Shown here: positions 39,330-51,959 of the stretch, piece by piece
Layout: each line of letters begins with the position of its first letter
Numbering within the stretch: position 1 is the first letter of the stretch
Source of the DNA: Octopus bimaculoides
Taxonomy: Eukaryota
Assembly: GCF_001194135.2 (NCBI RefSeq)
Contig: NC_068986.1
Coordinates: forward strand, 96,513,486-96,577,485
Length of the DNA: 64,000 nt
Direction: 5' to 3'
Made by a program: the position numbers and the translations under genes
Notes under the pieces: model-generated
Seen by the model: only the letters and a program-made list of their open reading frames with translations
What the model was told of the DNA's origin: nothing
Database searches by the model: none

Positions 39330-41400
39330 CTACCACTATCACTACCATTACCACCGTTGCTTCTATAACTACCACTATCACAGGTAAATCACACCACTAC
39401 CACAACCTATACTATTATCACTACCACCACCACAACCACCCAAGATGTAATGTGCAGCGGAGTGGTGTTAGTTTCTGTCATGTAATACTGATAGTACTGA
39501 GACTGCTTTATCAACCAGCTTTCCCACCACTACTACTACCACCACCACCACCACCTCCACCACCACTAATACCATCACCATCACCATCACAACTACCACT
39601 GCCATCACCACAACTGGTGTCACAACCACTACCACTACTCTCATCACCAACGCCACTGCTGCCACCACCTCCACCACTGCCACCACCTCCACCACTGCCA
39701 CCACTACCACTCATGCCGCTTCCTTCCTGCTCCTCCTCCTGCTCCTCCTGCTGCATTTCAGTGCAACTGAGAGATGCTTTCTTCAGGTGCAGCAGCTACC
39801 TCAGACATATTTGCAGCACCAGTTACACCGGGCTGCCTCATTGTCATAGTTATAGTGGTAGTAGTGCATATTATAAGGTGATGGGGCTTGTAGTGGTGTA
39901 TGACATGTGTTGGTGGTGGTGGTAGTGGTGGTGGTATATGGCAATGTATGGTAGTGGTGGTGGTGGTGGTGGTCGATTATGGTGGTGGTGGCTGTGATGG
40001 TTGCGGTTATAGTGATATATGTCTTGATGATTGTAACAGTTGTGTTGGTGGTGGTTCTAGTGGTGCATGTGGTGATGGTGGTGGTGGTAGTTATAGTAGT
40101 TAGTGGTATATGGTATTGGTGGTTGTGTCAGTAGTGGTTATAGTAGTATAGCTGTGATTGTAGTAGTGGATTAATAATAGTTATTGTTGCGTATGGTGGT
40201 GGTGTTTGTGTTGATTGTAATTGTAGTGGTGGTGGTGGTGGTTGTTATAATGGTATATGATTTGTAGTGGTGGTTCTAGGGAATGTGGTAATAGTGGATT
40301 TTGATGGTACATGTGGTAGTATAATAATAATTGCTCTACTAATAATATATAGTTGTGATTGTGGTCTTAGTGATGTATGCTATGTAGTAATGGTAGCAGT
40401 AATGGTAGCAGTAATGGTATGGCTGTGGCTGTTTAACCCTAAGTCAGCCATGATCAAGCAGACCTTATTGATCCAAATACACTCCAGCTGTGACCATCTT
40501 GACTATATTTGTAAACAGTGTATATAAGACCACATTATCCAATGTGGCTATCCTGTATCAACCCAGTAAGTTGTGTTTTAAGGGACATTTGGCTGCTATT
40601 TCTAATTTGTTGATTGATCATGTAGACTNNNNNNNNNNNNNNNNNNNNNNNNNNNNNNNNNNNNNNNNNNNNNNNNNNNNNNNNNNNNNNNNNNNNNNNN
40701 NNNNNNNNNNNNNNNNNNNNNNNNNNNNNNNNNNNNNNNNNNNNNNNTTTTAAGGGACATTTGGCTGCTATTTCTAATTTGTTGATTGATCATGTAGACT
40801 CTTCCTTGCTGGCTTCTGGTGCATAGTGTAGTAGTGATGATGGTATATTGTGGTGATGGGGTGATGGGTACAGTGGTGAATGGTATGTAGTTATGGTAAC
40901 AGTGGTATGTGGTGGTGGTTACAGTGGTGAATGGTATTTAGCAGTGGTTCTCGTGGTGTATGGAGTGATAATCATAAATAGTGTATGGGATATCATGGTA
41001 GTGGTTCTGGTGTATGGGATGTGGTGGTAGTGTTGGTAGTGGTTACAGTGTCATGGTATGCAATAGTAGTTACTCTGTGGTATGGGACATAGTAGTGTTG
41101 GTTGTAAGATGAAGATGACAAAACTTGTGGGATTGTGGTGATTGTGGCAATAGGGTGATTGTAGTGGTTGTAATAGGATGGTGGTGACAGTGGTAATAGG
41201 ATCATAATGGTGGTGGTGGTGGTGGTGGTGGTGGTGATGGTGGTGGTAATAGGATAATTGTGATGGGAGTAATAGGATGACAGTGACGGCCATAGTAGAA
41301 TGGTGGGGATAGTAGTAGTAGGATGGTGGTGGTGGTGGTGGTGGTGGTGGTAATAGTAGTAGTAGTGGTAGCTTGAGGATGGTGTGGTGGTTATAGTATA
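39330..41400. repeat. Degenerate (CAC)n block (39330-39710) and (GTG/GTA)n blocks (39850-40420, 40830-41400)
   Basis: Direct reading. Confidence 0.85.
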
Positions 41401-41666
41401 AGTTGCTATGACATCATACACAGTGTTGACTGTCTTGTTTGATGTTGTTTCCTTAACTCTTGCACTATGGAGAAGAAATAACCAACAATGCTGGTTGTGT
41501 TGCACAAATATGTTTACAACAAACTCATCAATTGATTCAAACACAAAGGATCTATATATGGCTCCTCGACTTGCTAGAAATAGCTGTCAATCTCAATCGA
41601 ATTACACCTTACTGTCTTAGTAATAGAGGACATTGATCCTAGGTACACAGAATGGTTTCACGCACA

Positions 41667-41713
<47 letters not shown>

Positions 41714-42900
41714 NNNNNNNNNNNNNNNNNNNNNNNNNNNNNNNNNNNNNNNNNNNNNNNNNNNNNNNNNNNNNNNNNNNNNNNNNNNNNNNNNNNNNNN
41801 NNNNNNNNNNNNNNNNNNNNNNNNNNNNNNNNNNNNNNNNNNNNNNNNNNNNNNNNNNNNNNNNNNNNNNNNNNNNNNNNNNNNNNNNNNNNNNNNNNNN
41901 NNNNNNNNNNNNNNNNNNNNNNNNNNNNNNNNNNNNNNNNNNNNNNNNNNNNNNNNNNNNNNNNNNNNNNNNNNNNNNNNNNNNNNNNNNNNNNNNNNNN
42001 NNNNNNNNNNNNNNNNNNNNNNNNNNNNNNNNNNNNNNNNNNNNNNNNNNNNNNNNNNNNNNNNNNNNNNNNNNNNNNNNNNNNNNNNNNNNNNNNNNNN
42101 NNNNNNNNNNNNNNNNNNNNNNNNNNNNNNNNNNNNNNNNNNNNNNNNNNNNNNNNNNNNNNNNNNNNNNNNNNNNNNNNNNNNNNNNNNNNNNNNNNNN
42201 NNNNNNNNNNNNNNNNNNNNNNNNNNNNNNNNNNNNNNNNNNNNNNNNNNNNNNNNNNNNNNNNNNNNNNNNNNNNNNNNNNNNNNNNNNNNNNNNNNNN
42301 NNNNNNNNNNNNNNNNNNNNNNNNNNNNNNNNNNNNNNNNNNNNNNNNNNNNNNNNNNNNNNNNNNNNNNNNNNNNNNNNNNNNNNNNNNNNNNNNNNNN
42401 NNNNNNNNNNNNNNNNNNGGATTTAACGAATCTTACCGATTGTCTATTCCTCTTCAGCCTGATTTGTAATGTAACCGTAATCATCAGAATCGTATACAAA
42501 GTTGCCCACCGCCATGGGTGCGCGTGTATATGGTTCTGCTAATTACAGCTTTAGCACATTAATTGTCCACGTTAGTGGTCAACGTTATATCTATCTATCT
42601 ATCTAGATAGATAGATAGATACATATGTATATATATGTGCAGATGTGTGTGTATATATATATGTATGTATGTACTCTATAGAGTACATAATCTTAGTGGG
42701 GTATTTTTCACAGACAGTGCTCAACAGATATAAAAGTACAGTAGGTTGTGATTTGACTGAGATTTGGGGCTGTTTGCTTCCCAACCACTTGGTTCCAAGT
42801 CCAGTCTTACTGTATGGTATCCTGGATAAGCGTCTTCTACTGCCGTAGGCTGACCAAAGCTTTGTGAGTAGATTTTGTTGATGGAAATTGAAAGAAGCCC

Positions 42901-42937
<37 letters not shown>

Positions 42938-43339
42938 NNNNNNNNNNNNNNNNNNNNNNNNNNNNNNNNNNNNNNNNNNNNNNNNNNNNNNNNNNNNNNN
43001 NNNNNNNNNNNNNNNNNNNNNNNNNNNNNNNNNNNNNNNNNNNNNNNNNNNNNNNNNNNNNNNNNNNNNNNNNNNNNNNNNNNNNNNNNNNNNNNNNNNN
43101 NNNNNNNNNNNNNNNNNNNNNNNNNNNNNNNNNNNNNNNNNNNNNNNNNNNNNNNNNNNNNNNNNNNNNNNNNNNNNNNNNNNNNNNNNNNNNNCTTACA
43201 TCTTCATTATGTTGTGATTTGGCAAATGAGATCAATAAATAAGGCTTAAAAAAACCCATAAATAATGGAGCTGATTCATTCAACTAAAATTCTTCAAGGC
43301 TGCAAGTAAATAGTAAAAAGCAAGGAAAAACATACTTAC

Positions 43340-43466
43340 CTTAACTTGTAGCAGGTCTTCCACTAAAGACTGCTTTGTTTTAAGAAGTATATTTCTTATT
43401 AGTCAGGTGTTGTAAAACACAGAATTGCTTTTTGATCAGTCGCCATGGAGATTGGATATAAATTAT
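43340..43466 (-). other. Candidate 127-nt spliced exon, not open in any single frame
   Basis: Acceptor ttttcttttttcttatttttag and donor AAG|GTAAGT, in unique sequence. Confidence 0.45.
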
Positions 43467-44095
43467 CTAAAAATAAGAAAAAAGAAAATTGAAATATACT
43501 TCCTCTCCCTGAACACTTTTGTACCTAACTGAATGAAACTGTTTTACAAGAAACAAGCACAAGAATTTGGCGAATGGAAATTGTTGATGATAATGACCTC
43601 AGTCCTTGAATGGTATTTTATTTATATATACATATTGATATGGCTGTATGGTTAAAAAGCTTACTTCCCAACCACATAGTTTCAGATTAAGTCTTGCTGC
43701 GTAGCAATTTGGGCAAGTGTCTTGTACTATAACCCTGAACCAACTAAAGCCTTGCAAGTGAATTCTGTAGATGAAAACTGAAAGAATCCAATTGTGTGCG
43801 TGTGTGTTTAAAAAAATTTTTTTGCTGCTTTTATGGTTTCCCATAACACTCTGTCACCATCTAATTCTATTATTATGAAGTTGAATTGGGAGCTTGAGTC
43901 ATAGTGAATTGTTCATTGGCTGATTCACAATCAGGGATGCCACCCCTATGGATTGTTGCAGTTACTCTCTTGATAAATCGGTGATCCTGACTGTTGATTT
44001 TCTAGGATTCCTCAACTCAGAATCAATGTAGGAAGCACTGTTGGCTCATTTGAACTCTTCCACTACCATAATCTTCCACATTGCAGTCCCATAAC

Positions 44096-44394
44096 TTTCC
44101 TATATCCCTGGCAGGGTGGCCGAACGGGTGCTATGCCTTGCCAAAAGGCAGCCCATAGCTATGTAGGGCACAGTCATCATATATATATATATATATGTGA
44201 CCGTGTGTGTATTGTTGGCAATTTTCTTTCTCTGTCTTCCCTTCTTTGGACTTTTTCTATATTTCTGATGAAGAGCTCCGCTCAAAACGTGAAATCCTCT
44301 TTCTTTTCTTTCTTTTCCTGAGTGTCCAATAACACAGTACTTGTTCCATGTCCTCATGTTGTTGTTTTTTCTTACTTGTTCTTGTTTGGATTGA

Positions 44395-44400
<6 letters not shown>
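44096..44400 (+). mobile_element. Penelope-associated or retrozyme-like repeat with a degenerate minimal hammerhead
   Basis: attt-CTGATGA-A-GAGC-tcc-GCTC-aAAAC-GTg-aaat at 44261-44295. Confidence 0.5.
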
Positions 44401-44429
<29 letters not shown>

Positions 44430-44799
44430 TTTGTATGTGTGTATGTGTTGTATTTTGTGTGTGTATCTGTCACCCCTTGTCTTGACATCACATGAGGAGT
44501 GTCACCCTGATACAAGTGGTGTTGTTTGTTTGCAATCTTCCATGAGAAGTGTGTGTCTGGTTAAGGGGAAATTTTCCTAGTTTGGAAACAGGTAAGAGTT
44601 GATGACAGGAAGAGCACCCAACTGTAGAAAATCTCTCTTAACAAATCCCGTCTGATCCATTCAATCATGGGAACATGGACTTTAAAACAATGATAATAAT
44701 TATGCTACTGCTGCTACCACCAACAATTTCTTTTGAACTCAGAACTTTAATGAAAGAAAATTTTGTTATTCAGCAGTCTTCATCTTTTAATAACAATTT

Positions 44800-45175
44800 A
44801 TAACTTTAGCACAAGGCTACAGATTTAATAGAGGAAGGTATAATCAATAAAATTGAGTCCAATACATGACTAATACACATCTTATTGATTCAAAAAGCAA
44901 ATTCCGCTCTGGCAGATTTGAACTCAAAATATAAAGGGTATTTTAACCATTGCTCTCACATCAATTCTGTTATGCCACTATTTTTCGATAATAATGGCTT
45001 CTAACTTTGACACAAGCTTCCAGATTTGGTGAGGAAGGGGTTCAGTTGATTAAATCGAGTACCATACTTGACTGATACTTATTTTACAAGATGAAAGGCA
45101 AAGTCAAACTCCAGTGAGACATAATAAAATTGCTGCAAGACATTCAATCCAGCTGCTCTATCAAATCTGCCATTC
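44800..45175 (-). mobile_element. Two old family A SINE copies in tandem
   Basis: Each has gatttgaactc or gatgaaaggcaaagtcaa and ataat spacers. Confidence 0.6.
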
Positions 45176-45613
45176 ATCTCCTTCATACCTCACCCTGCTA
45201 TGTATGATATTTCTTTTGTCAAAAGCCATCCTCTCACAGCAAAGGTGAAAAGCAATTCTGACCTCTCATCTCACATTCCGGCTGGATTGCTATTTCATTG
45301 CTATTATTGTCTTGTCATCATAGAAGTTTAGTGTCTGGTGTCGTCCATATGTCTGTATATCCTGTCTGCTATGTATGTATTCTCATGTGTATCGGGTTCT
45401 GTGTGTCTTTGTGATGTTTACATTATATGTATGTATGTATATCTGTACATGTTGTGTTCTTATATATGTGTGTTGTTTCTATTTTTGTAATGTGTATGAG
45501 AGTTACTATTTTTATGGGATTTGAGATATTTCTATGGTGTGTTCTGATGTCTGAATTTGATTATGTTTTATCATGTAATATGCAAAATATGTGTGTATGT
45601 ATATGTATATATA

Positions 45614-45653
<40 letters not shown>

Positions 45654-45772
45654 ATATATATGTATGTATTTATGTATTGGATGCATACACATATTATGAA
45701 ACTAAATAATGACTATAAATTATTTTATATATATGTGGTATATGTGTAGGTATATGTATGTATGTATGTATG

Positions 45773-45806
<34 letters not shown>

Positions 45807-45881
45807 TCTATGTATGTATGTATGTATGTATCTATCTATCTATCTATCTAGGTAAATTAAAATTTAGAGGTNNNNNNNNNN

Positions 45882-45927
<46 letters not shown>

Positions 45928-46432
45928 TACATACATACACATAAAATATTTATAGTCATTATTTAGTTTCATAGTGTGTGTCTGTACACACACTCACACA
46001 TACACATGAAGTACATATTTTACATATTGCATGATGAGACGTAATCAAATTTAGACATCACAGCATATACATATACACATACACACACATGCAGAGGCAC
46101 ATACATGCATACATACATTTATATATATATATTTATATCATGTTTTTTTAAATTCTTTATTTTGTTTTAGCCATTACTGTTATGACTACACTGGACCACT
46201 GCCTTCATAGTTGAATATTCTGTGCCTTTTGTGTTATTGTCTCTGCGTATGTGGGAACAGGGTGGGGTACAGTGCTTTTGCTAGATTTAGAATATATGTG
46301 ACATCTCTAGTCGCTGAATCAATAAATTGGGGAATGTCGATCTGCTTTGATTGTATCCTTTTGCAGATGGCTGAACTGGAATGCAAGAGAGAAATATATC
46401 TAGATATGTTTAATATAGCTCAAGGAGACAGC

Positions 46433-46794
46433 TTAACCCTTTAACATTTAACCGGTAATATCCAGTCAAAATATTGGTTTCAAATTTTGATTTTAGTGGA
46501 GGGGGCAAGTCATTACATTGAACTCAGTGCTCGACTGATATTTATTTTATCGGCCCTGAAAGGATGAAAGGTAAAGCATTTTGCCCGGTATACTAACAAT
46601 TCTGCTAGCTCATCGCTAAAATATTCTTCACAGTTTTATGTTCAGGCTAGCCAGATCTGGCCTCACACAATCGTTCTACATATGAACAATCACATCATTG
46701 AAATCGCAAAGATGTGTGAAAATGCAGATTAAATCAAAACAATGTGAATAAATAAGTATTATATTTAACTGTAATCTGAACGCTAAAGAGTTAA
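46433..46794 (-). mobile_element. piggyBac-type MITE carrying an internally deleted family A SINE (about 46489-46617)
   Basis: TTAAccctttaacatttaaccgg...gaacgctaaagagTTAA. The body is the reverse complement of 21503-21721. Confidence 0.75.
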
Positions 46795-47081
46795 TCACAT
46801 TTTCTAATGCTTTTTGGGAGATATTTAAACAACTGAAGACCTTCAAATGCTTAACTTTTGCAGTATAAATCCCTTATGGGAGTGTTTGAGAAAAAGAGTC
46901 TTGGGATCTGACACCAGCTCCCATTCTTCTTTTTATTCTACCCATTTTTTTTTGTCCTGTATTCCAAAGTTAAAAATAAGATTATCAAAAATCTTTCACA
47001 CATATATTATGATACTCTACAGAAAAGTATTGAGTAATCTTTCAATTTAATGTTTACCTGTTTTTATGTATAAGTATGTAT

Positions 47082-47608
47082 AATCATCATCATCATCATC
47101 ATTTAACATCTGCTTTCCATGCTGGCATGGGTTTGTCATTTTGACAAGAACTGGTAAGCTGGAGAGCTGTACCTGGTGCCAGTTTGATTTTGGCTTGGTT
47201 TCTACAGCTGCATGCCTTTCCTAATGCCAATCACTCCAAGAGTGTAGTGGGTGCCTTTCACATATCACTGACACTGGCCACAACTACTATTTCACTTGAT
47301 GAGTCTTCTCAAGCACAGCAAATCTCCAAAGGTCTCAATCACTTGTCATCACATCTGTGAGATCCAACTTTCAAAGATCGTGCTTCACCACCTTGTCCTA
47401 TGTCTTTCTGGGTCTACCTCTTCCACAAGTTCCCTCCACAGTTAGAGGTTGGGACTTCTTTACCCAGCTGTCCTTGTCCACATGCATCACATGACCATTC
47501 TAGTGCATTCATCTCTCTTGCACACCACATCTGTTGCTTCTTAAGCCCACTTTTTCTCTCAAGATCCTTACACTCTGCCTTACATGCACACTGTCATTGC
47601 ACATCCAG
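47082..47608 (-). mobile_element. Older RTE LINE 3' end, same family as 16081-16945
   Basis: Aligns by eye with 16644-16945 (tcttcctgggcctacctcttccacgggttccctc vs tctttctgggtctacctcttccacaagttccctc) and carries the family B tail. Confidence 0.8.
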
Positions 47609-47661
47609 TGAAGCATATTAGCTTAATTTCTTTCAATATTGGCTTCATAGGCACATGTGTA

Positions 47662-47709
<48 letters not shown>

Positions 47710-48039
47710 NNNNNNNNNNNNNNNNNNNNNNNNNNNNNNNNNNNNNNNNNNNNNNNNNNNNNNNNNNNNNNNNNNNNNNNNNNNNNNNNNNNNNNNNNNN
47801 NNNNNNNNNNNNNNNNNNNNNNNNNNNNNNNNNNNNNNNNNNNNNNNNNNNNNNNNNNNNNNNNNNNNNNNNNNNNNNNNNNNNNNNNNNNNNNNNNNNN
47901 NNNNNNNNNNNNNNNNNNNNNNNNNNNNNNNNNNNNNNNNNNNNNNNNNNNNNNNNNNNNNNNNNNNNNNNNNNNNNNNNNNNNNNNNNNNNNNNNNNNN
48001 NNNNNNNNNTATATATATATATGCGTATATGTATATTTT

Positions 48040-48447
48040 TTCTTTTACTTGTTTCAGTCATTTGACTGCAGCCATGCTGGGGAACCACCTTGAAAGGTTT
48101 TTAGTTGAACAAATTGACCCCAGGACTTACATTTTTTAAAGCCTGGTACTTATTCTATCAGTCTCTCTTGCCAAACTGATAAGTTACAGGGACGTAAACA
48201 CACCAGCACCAGTTGACAAGCAAGAGTGGGGGGAAAACATGGACACAAAGACACACAGCCATAGATATATATATACATACAGACAGACAGCCAGACAGAC
48301 AGACATACATATATATGACAGACTTTTTTGTTTTCTGTCTACCAAATCCACTCAAAAGGCATTGGTTGGCCCAAGGCCATAGTAGAAGACATTTGCCCAA
48401 GGAGCCGCACAGTGGGACTGAACCTGGAACCATGTAGTTGGGAAGCA
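48040..48447 (-). mobile_element. Composite C+D SINE
   Basis: Same layout as 8250-8650. Confidence 0.8.
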
Positions 48448-50082
48448 GTGCGTACAAATGGGAGAAAGTGTATCCAAAACTTATAGTAGTGTTTATATCT
48501 GTTTCTGTAGTTTGTCTGTGAAGTCTAGATTTGTTTTTCGCCCCAAAACATTTCATAAACGCAGAAAAAAATATATAGTGTTAGACAAAAAAAAAAAAAA
48601 AAAATTNNNNNNNNNNATGGATGAAACCATGTATTTTTCTAATAAGGATTTTAGAAGAATATTTGGCTCTTCTCTTGAAATAAAATCCCCTTCCCTCATC
48701 CTTCATGTATAGAATTAAACAAAAATTACAAACAAAAAAGATCTGAAAAATATTCAATGAGTTCATACTTCCTTGTTTCATTTCTCTACTTTTCCTCTCT
48801 TTCTCTTTCATTTCTTTTAATCTTTGTTATAAAAAAAATATATTTTTCTTCTTGTTTTCCTGTGTTCCATTGAAGAAATATTTGCCATTCTTTCTCTCTT
48901 TATCATATTATTTTTATGGCTTTTCTCTTCTTTTCTTTTATTTCTTCTTGTTTTCTTCATTTCTTAAGATATTTTTAGATGAAAAATAATGTAAGATTTA
49001 TTTTACAAAATTTGAAGAAAGAAAAAACAGGAAGAGAAAAGATAAAATTGAATAAATTGAAAAAATTGAATGTAATGCCACTTTCTTCATTTCTCTTTCT
49101 CTGTCGAAAGAAAAAAAATAACGACCCTGTTAATGATTTTTCTGAAATATTCTCGTTCCCTTTTTAAATTTCCTCTTAGGTGCGTAGGTGTGGGGTCTGT
49201 TTTTAGGGGCTTTTATTGTCTTAAAACATTTTTCTATCCTTCTTTCATGTTTCTGATGCCCCCGCCACCATTTCTGTCATTCCACTTATTGATTCCTTCA
49301 TTATGGTTTAAGGAGCAAGAGTGCAAATTTATAAGAGGAGGGATTTAAATAGTGTGTGACATTCATGCTGTTCTCAATTGAAGTTATATTGGTTTAAAGT
49401 GATTTCTTTTTCTTTTCTTTTTTATTGTTTTGTCTGTAGCTGAGATATTTTGCAAGATCCTATGTATTCCTAAATATTGTAACTTGTATAATAATTACAC
49501 TGTACTCAACACTGTTAATCTAATATTTCGCCTTTAACACTTGGCTTTGATCCATTCTCTTATCATATCCAGTGTTTCTATTCCTAGACATACACACCAC
49601 ATACCACACAGACACAATCTCTGTCTGTCTGTCTCTCTCTCTCTCTCTTACACACACAACCTCTAACAAGCTTTAGATTTTAGATATAGCATACCTTTCC
49701 ATCTACCTAGTCTTATCTATCTTATCTACCTATCTATAGCTTATCTATCTATCTATAGTATAAATACATATATATATATNNNNNNNNNNNNNNNNNNNNN
49801 NNNNNNNNNNNNNNNNNNNNNNNNNNNNNNNNNNNNNNNNNNNNNNNNNNNNNNNNNNNNNNNNNNNNNNNNNNNNNNNNNNNNNNNNNNNNNNNNNNNN
49901 NNNNNNNNNNNNNNNNNNNNNNNNNNNNNNNNNNNNNNNNNNNNNNNNNNNNNNNNNNNNNNNNNNNNNNNNNNNNNNNNNNNNNNNNNNNNNNNNNNNN
50001 NNNNNNNNNNNNNNNNNNNNNNNNNNNNNNNNNNNNNNNNNNNNNNNNNNNNNNNNNNNNNNNNNNNNNNNNNNNNNNNNNN

Positions 50083-50790
50083 GAGCACTGCCTTAAAGGG
50101 TGTTCGTTGAAGAAATCCTTAATCCTAACCTTAACCCTAACCTAGGACTTATTCTTTGTAAGCCTAGTACTTATTCTATCAGTCTCTTTTGCCAAACTGC
50201 TAAGTTACGGGGACTTAAACATACCAGCATCAGTTGTCAAGCAATGGCAGTGGGACAAACACAAACACACTCACACAAACATCATCATCATCATCATCAT
50301 CGTTTAACGTCCGCTTTCCATGCTAGCATGGGTTGGACGATTTGACTGAGGACTGGTGAAACCGGATGGCAACACCAGGCTCCAATCTAATTTGGTAGAG
50401 TTTCTACAACTGGATGCTCTTCCTAACGCCAACCACTCAGAGAGTGTAGTGGGTGCTTTTACGTGTCACCTGCACGAAGGCCAGTCAGGCGGTACTGGCA
50501 ACGGCCACGCTCAAAATGGTGTCTTTTATGTGCCACCCGCACAAGAGCTAGTCCAGGGGCACTGGCAACGATCTCGCTCGAAAATATACATATACATAAA
50601 TATGCATATATATATATATGCAATGGGCTTCCAGTTTCCAGTTTCCATCTACCAAATCTATTCGCAAGGCTTTGGTCAGCCCGAGGCTATAGTAGAAGAC
50701 ACTTGCCCAAGGTGCCTCACAGTGGGACTGAACCCAGAATCATGTGGTTGGGAAGCAAGCTTTTTACCACACAGCTACACCTGTGCCTAT
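50083..50790 (-). mobile_element. C+D SINE with a family B element (50280-50580) inserted in its central microsatellite
   Basis: D part at 50083-50275, young B copy at 50280-50580, C head at 50620-50790. Confidence 0.8.
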
Positions 50791-50819
50791 ACCTTCTTTC
50801 CACACAGCAACACCTGCAC

Positions 50820-50864
<45 letters not shown>

Positions 50865-51099
50865 AAATGTAGGGATAAGCAAGTTAGACAGATCAATATA
50901 TAAAGTTTTACTACATTAATACATGAAATACAAAAAATGTATACATGCTTACATACAAAATGTCTGACTTACACAGAATTCCAAGATATAGAGGATTAAA
51001 AGGGTTGATGAAAAATATTACAAATCCAACAGCTGTTTCTGGGGGCTTGGGAGTCCAAAATAATGTTTGTAGATTGATTCCATCATAGGATGAGATGAT

Positions 51100-51945
51100 C
51101 CTCTGTCTTATATATCTATAATTTGGATTTATCCATAACTCCAGCTGCTGTGATCAACTTTCCGAGTTTCTTGAAGACATCACCCAGATGGCAGCTCATG
51201 GGTGGATGTTGTTTACCTTGACTTTTTGCTAAAGCTTTTAATTCTGTGCTACACAAAAGACTTATGGCAAAACTCTCTGCAATGGGTGTGAAAGATGATC
51301 TTTTTATCTAGTTGGAGTCCTTCGTTCTCAGCCGAAAAGAGTTAGTCACGCTTCTAGGACAGCATTCTTCACCTGATGAGATGTCATCTGGTGTACTGCA
51401 GGAATTTGTTCTTGGTCCCCTTTTGTTTGTTGCATACATTAATGTCATAGATGCCAACTTAAAGAATGTCACAGTGCTGAAATATGCAGATGATATCAAG
51501 CTGTACCTTGAGATAAAAAGGACAGATCCTGAACACTATAGATCTTTCCTACAATCAGACCTGGACACAATGCCACAATGGATCACAGACTGGCAACTCA
51601 GGCTGGCTGTGGACAAGTGTATCACCATACATTTTGGGAGGAAAAACCCAGCGTTCACATGCTCTCTCCACAACAATAATATCAAGAAGTCTCCTTGTGA
51701 ACATGACCTGGGCATTACTGTCAGCAGCAACATGCACTGGACAAAGCACATCTCTAAAATTGTCAAGAAGGCCAAGGGTGTCTCAGCATTACTCAGCAAG
51801 GCCTTTGTCAGCTGTTCTCCAGCTATCTATATATTGCTATGGTGTGGCCACACTTGGAATTTGCATCACCAGCCTGGAACCCCTATCTTGCTCAGGACAT
51901 TGACCTCCTAGAAACTGTTCAGAGACGTGCAACCAAGTGACTACC
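51100..51945 (+). pseudogene. CR1/L2-clade LINE reverse transcriptase fragment
   Basis: VDVVYLDFAKAF...SGVLQEFVLGPLLFVAYIN...KYADDIKLY (YADD at 51483-51494)...LQSDLD...WQLRLAVDKC...DLGITVSSNMHWTKHI...HLEFASPAWNPYLAQDIDLLETVQRRATK. Frameshifts and stops are present. Confidence 0.92.
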
Positions 51946-51959
51946 CTCCATCAGTGAAT

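Noticed and set aside
39452-39925. Pro-rich 157-aa ORF (+) and Gly/Ser-rich ORF (-); similar ORFs at 11.4-11.8, 18.4-18.9, 20.6-21.0 and 41.0-41.5 kb
   Set aside because: These are translations of degenerate trinucleotide repeats, with no domain signal.
40577-40799. 52-bp exact duplication either side of a gap; likewise 3879-3905 versus 3916-3942
   Set aside because: Assembly overlap artefacts at gap edges.
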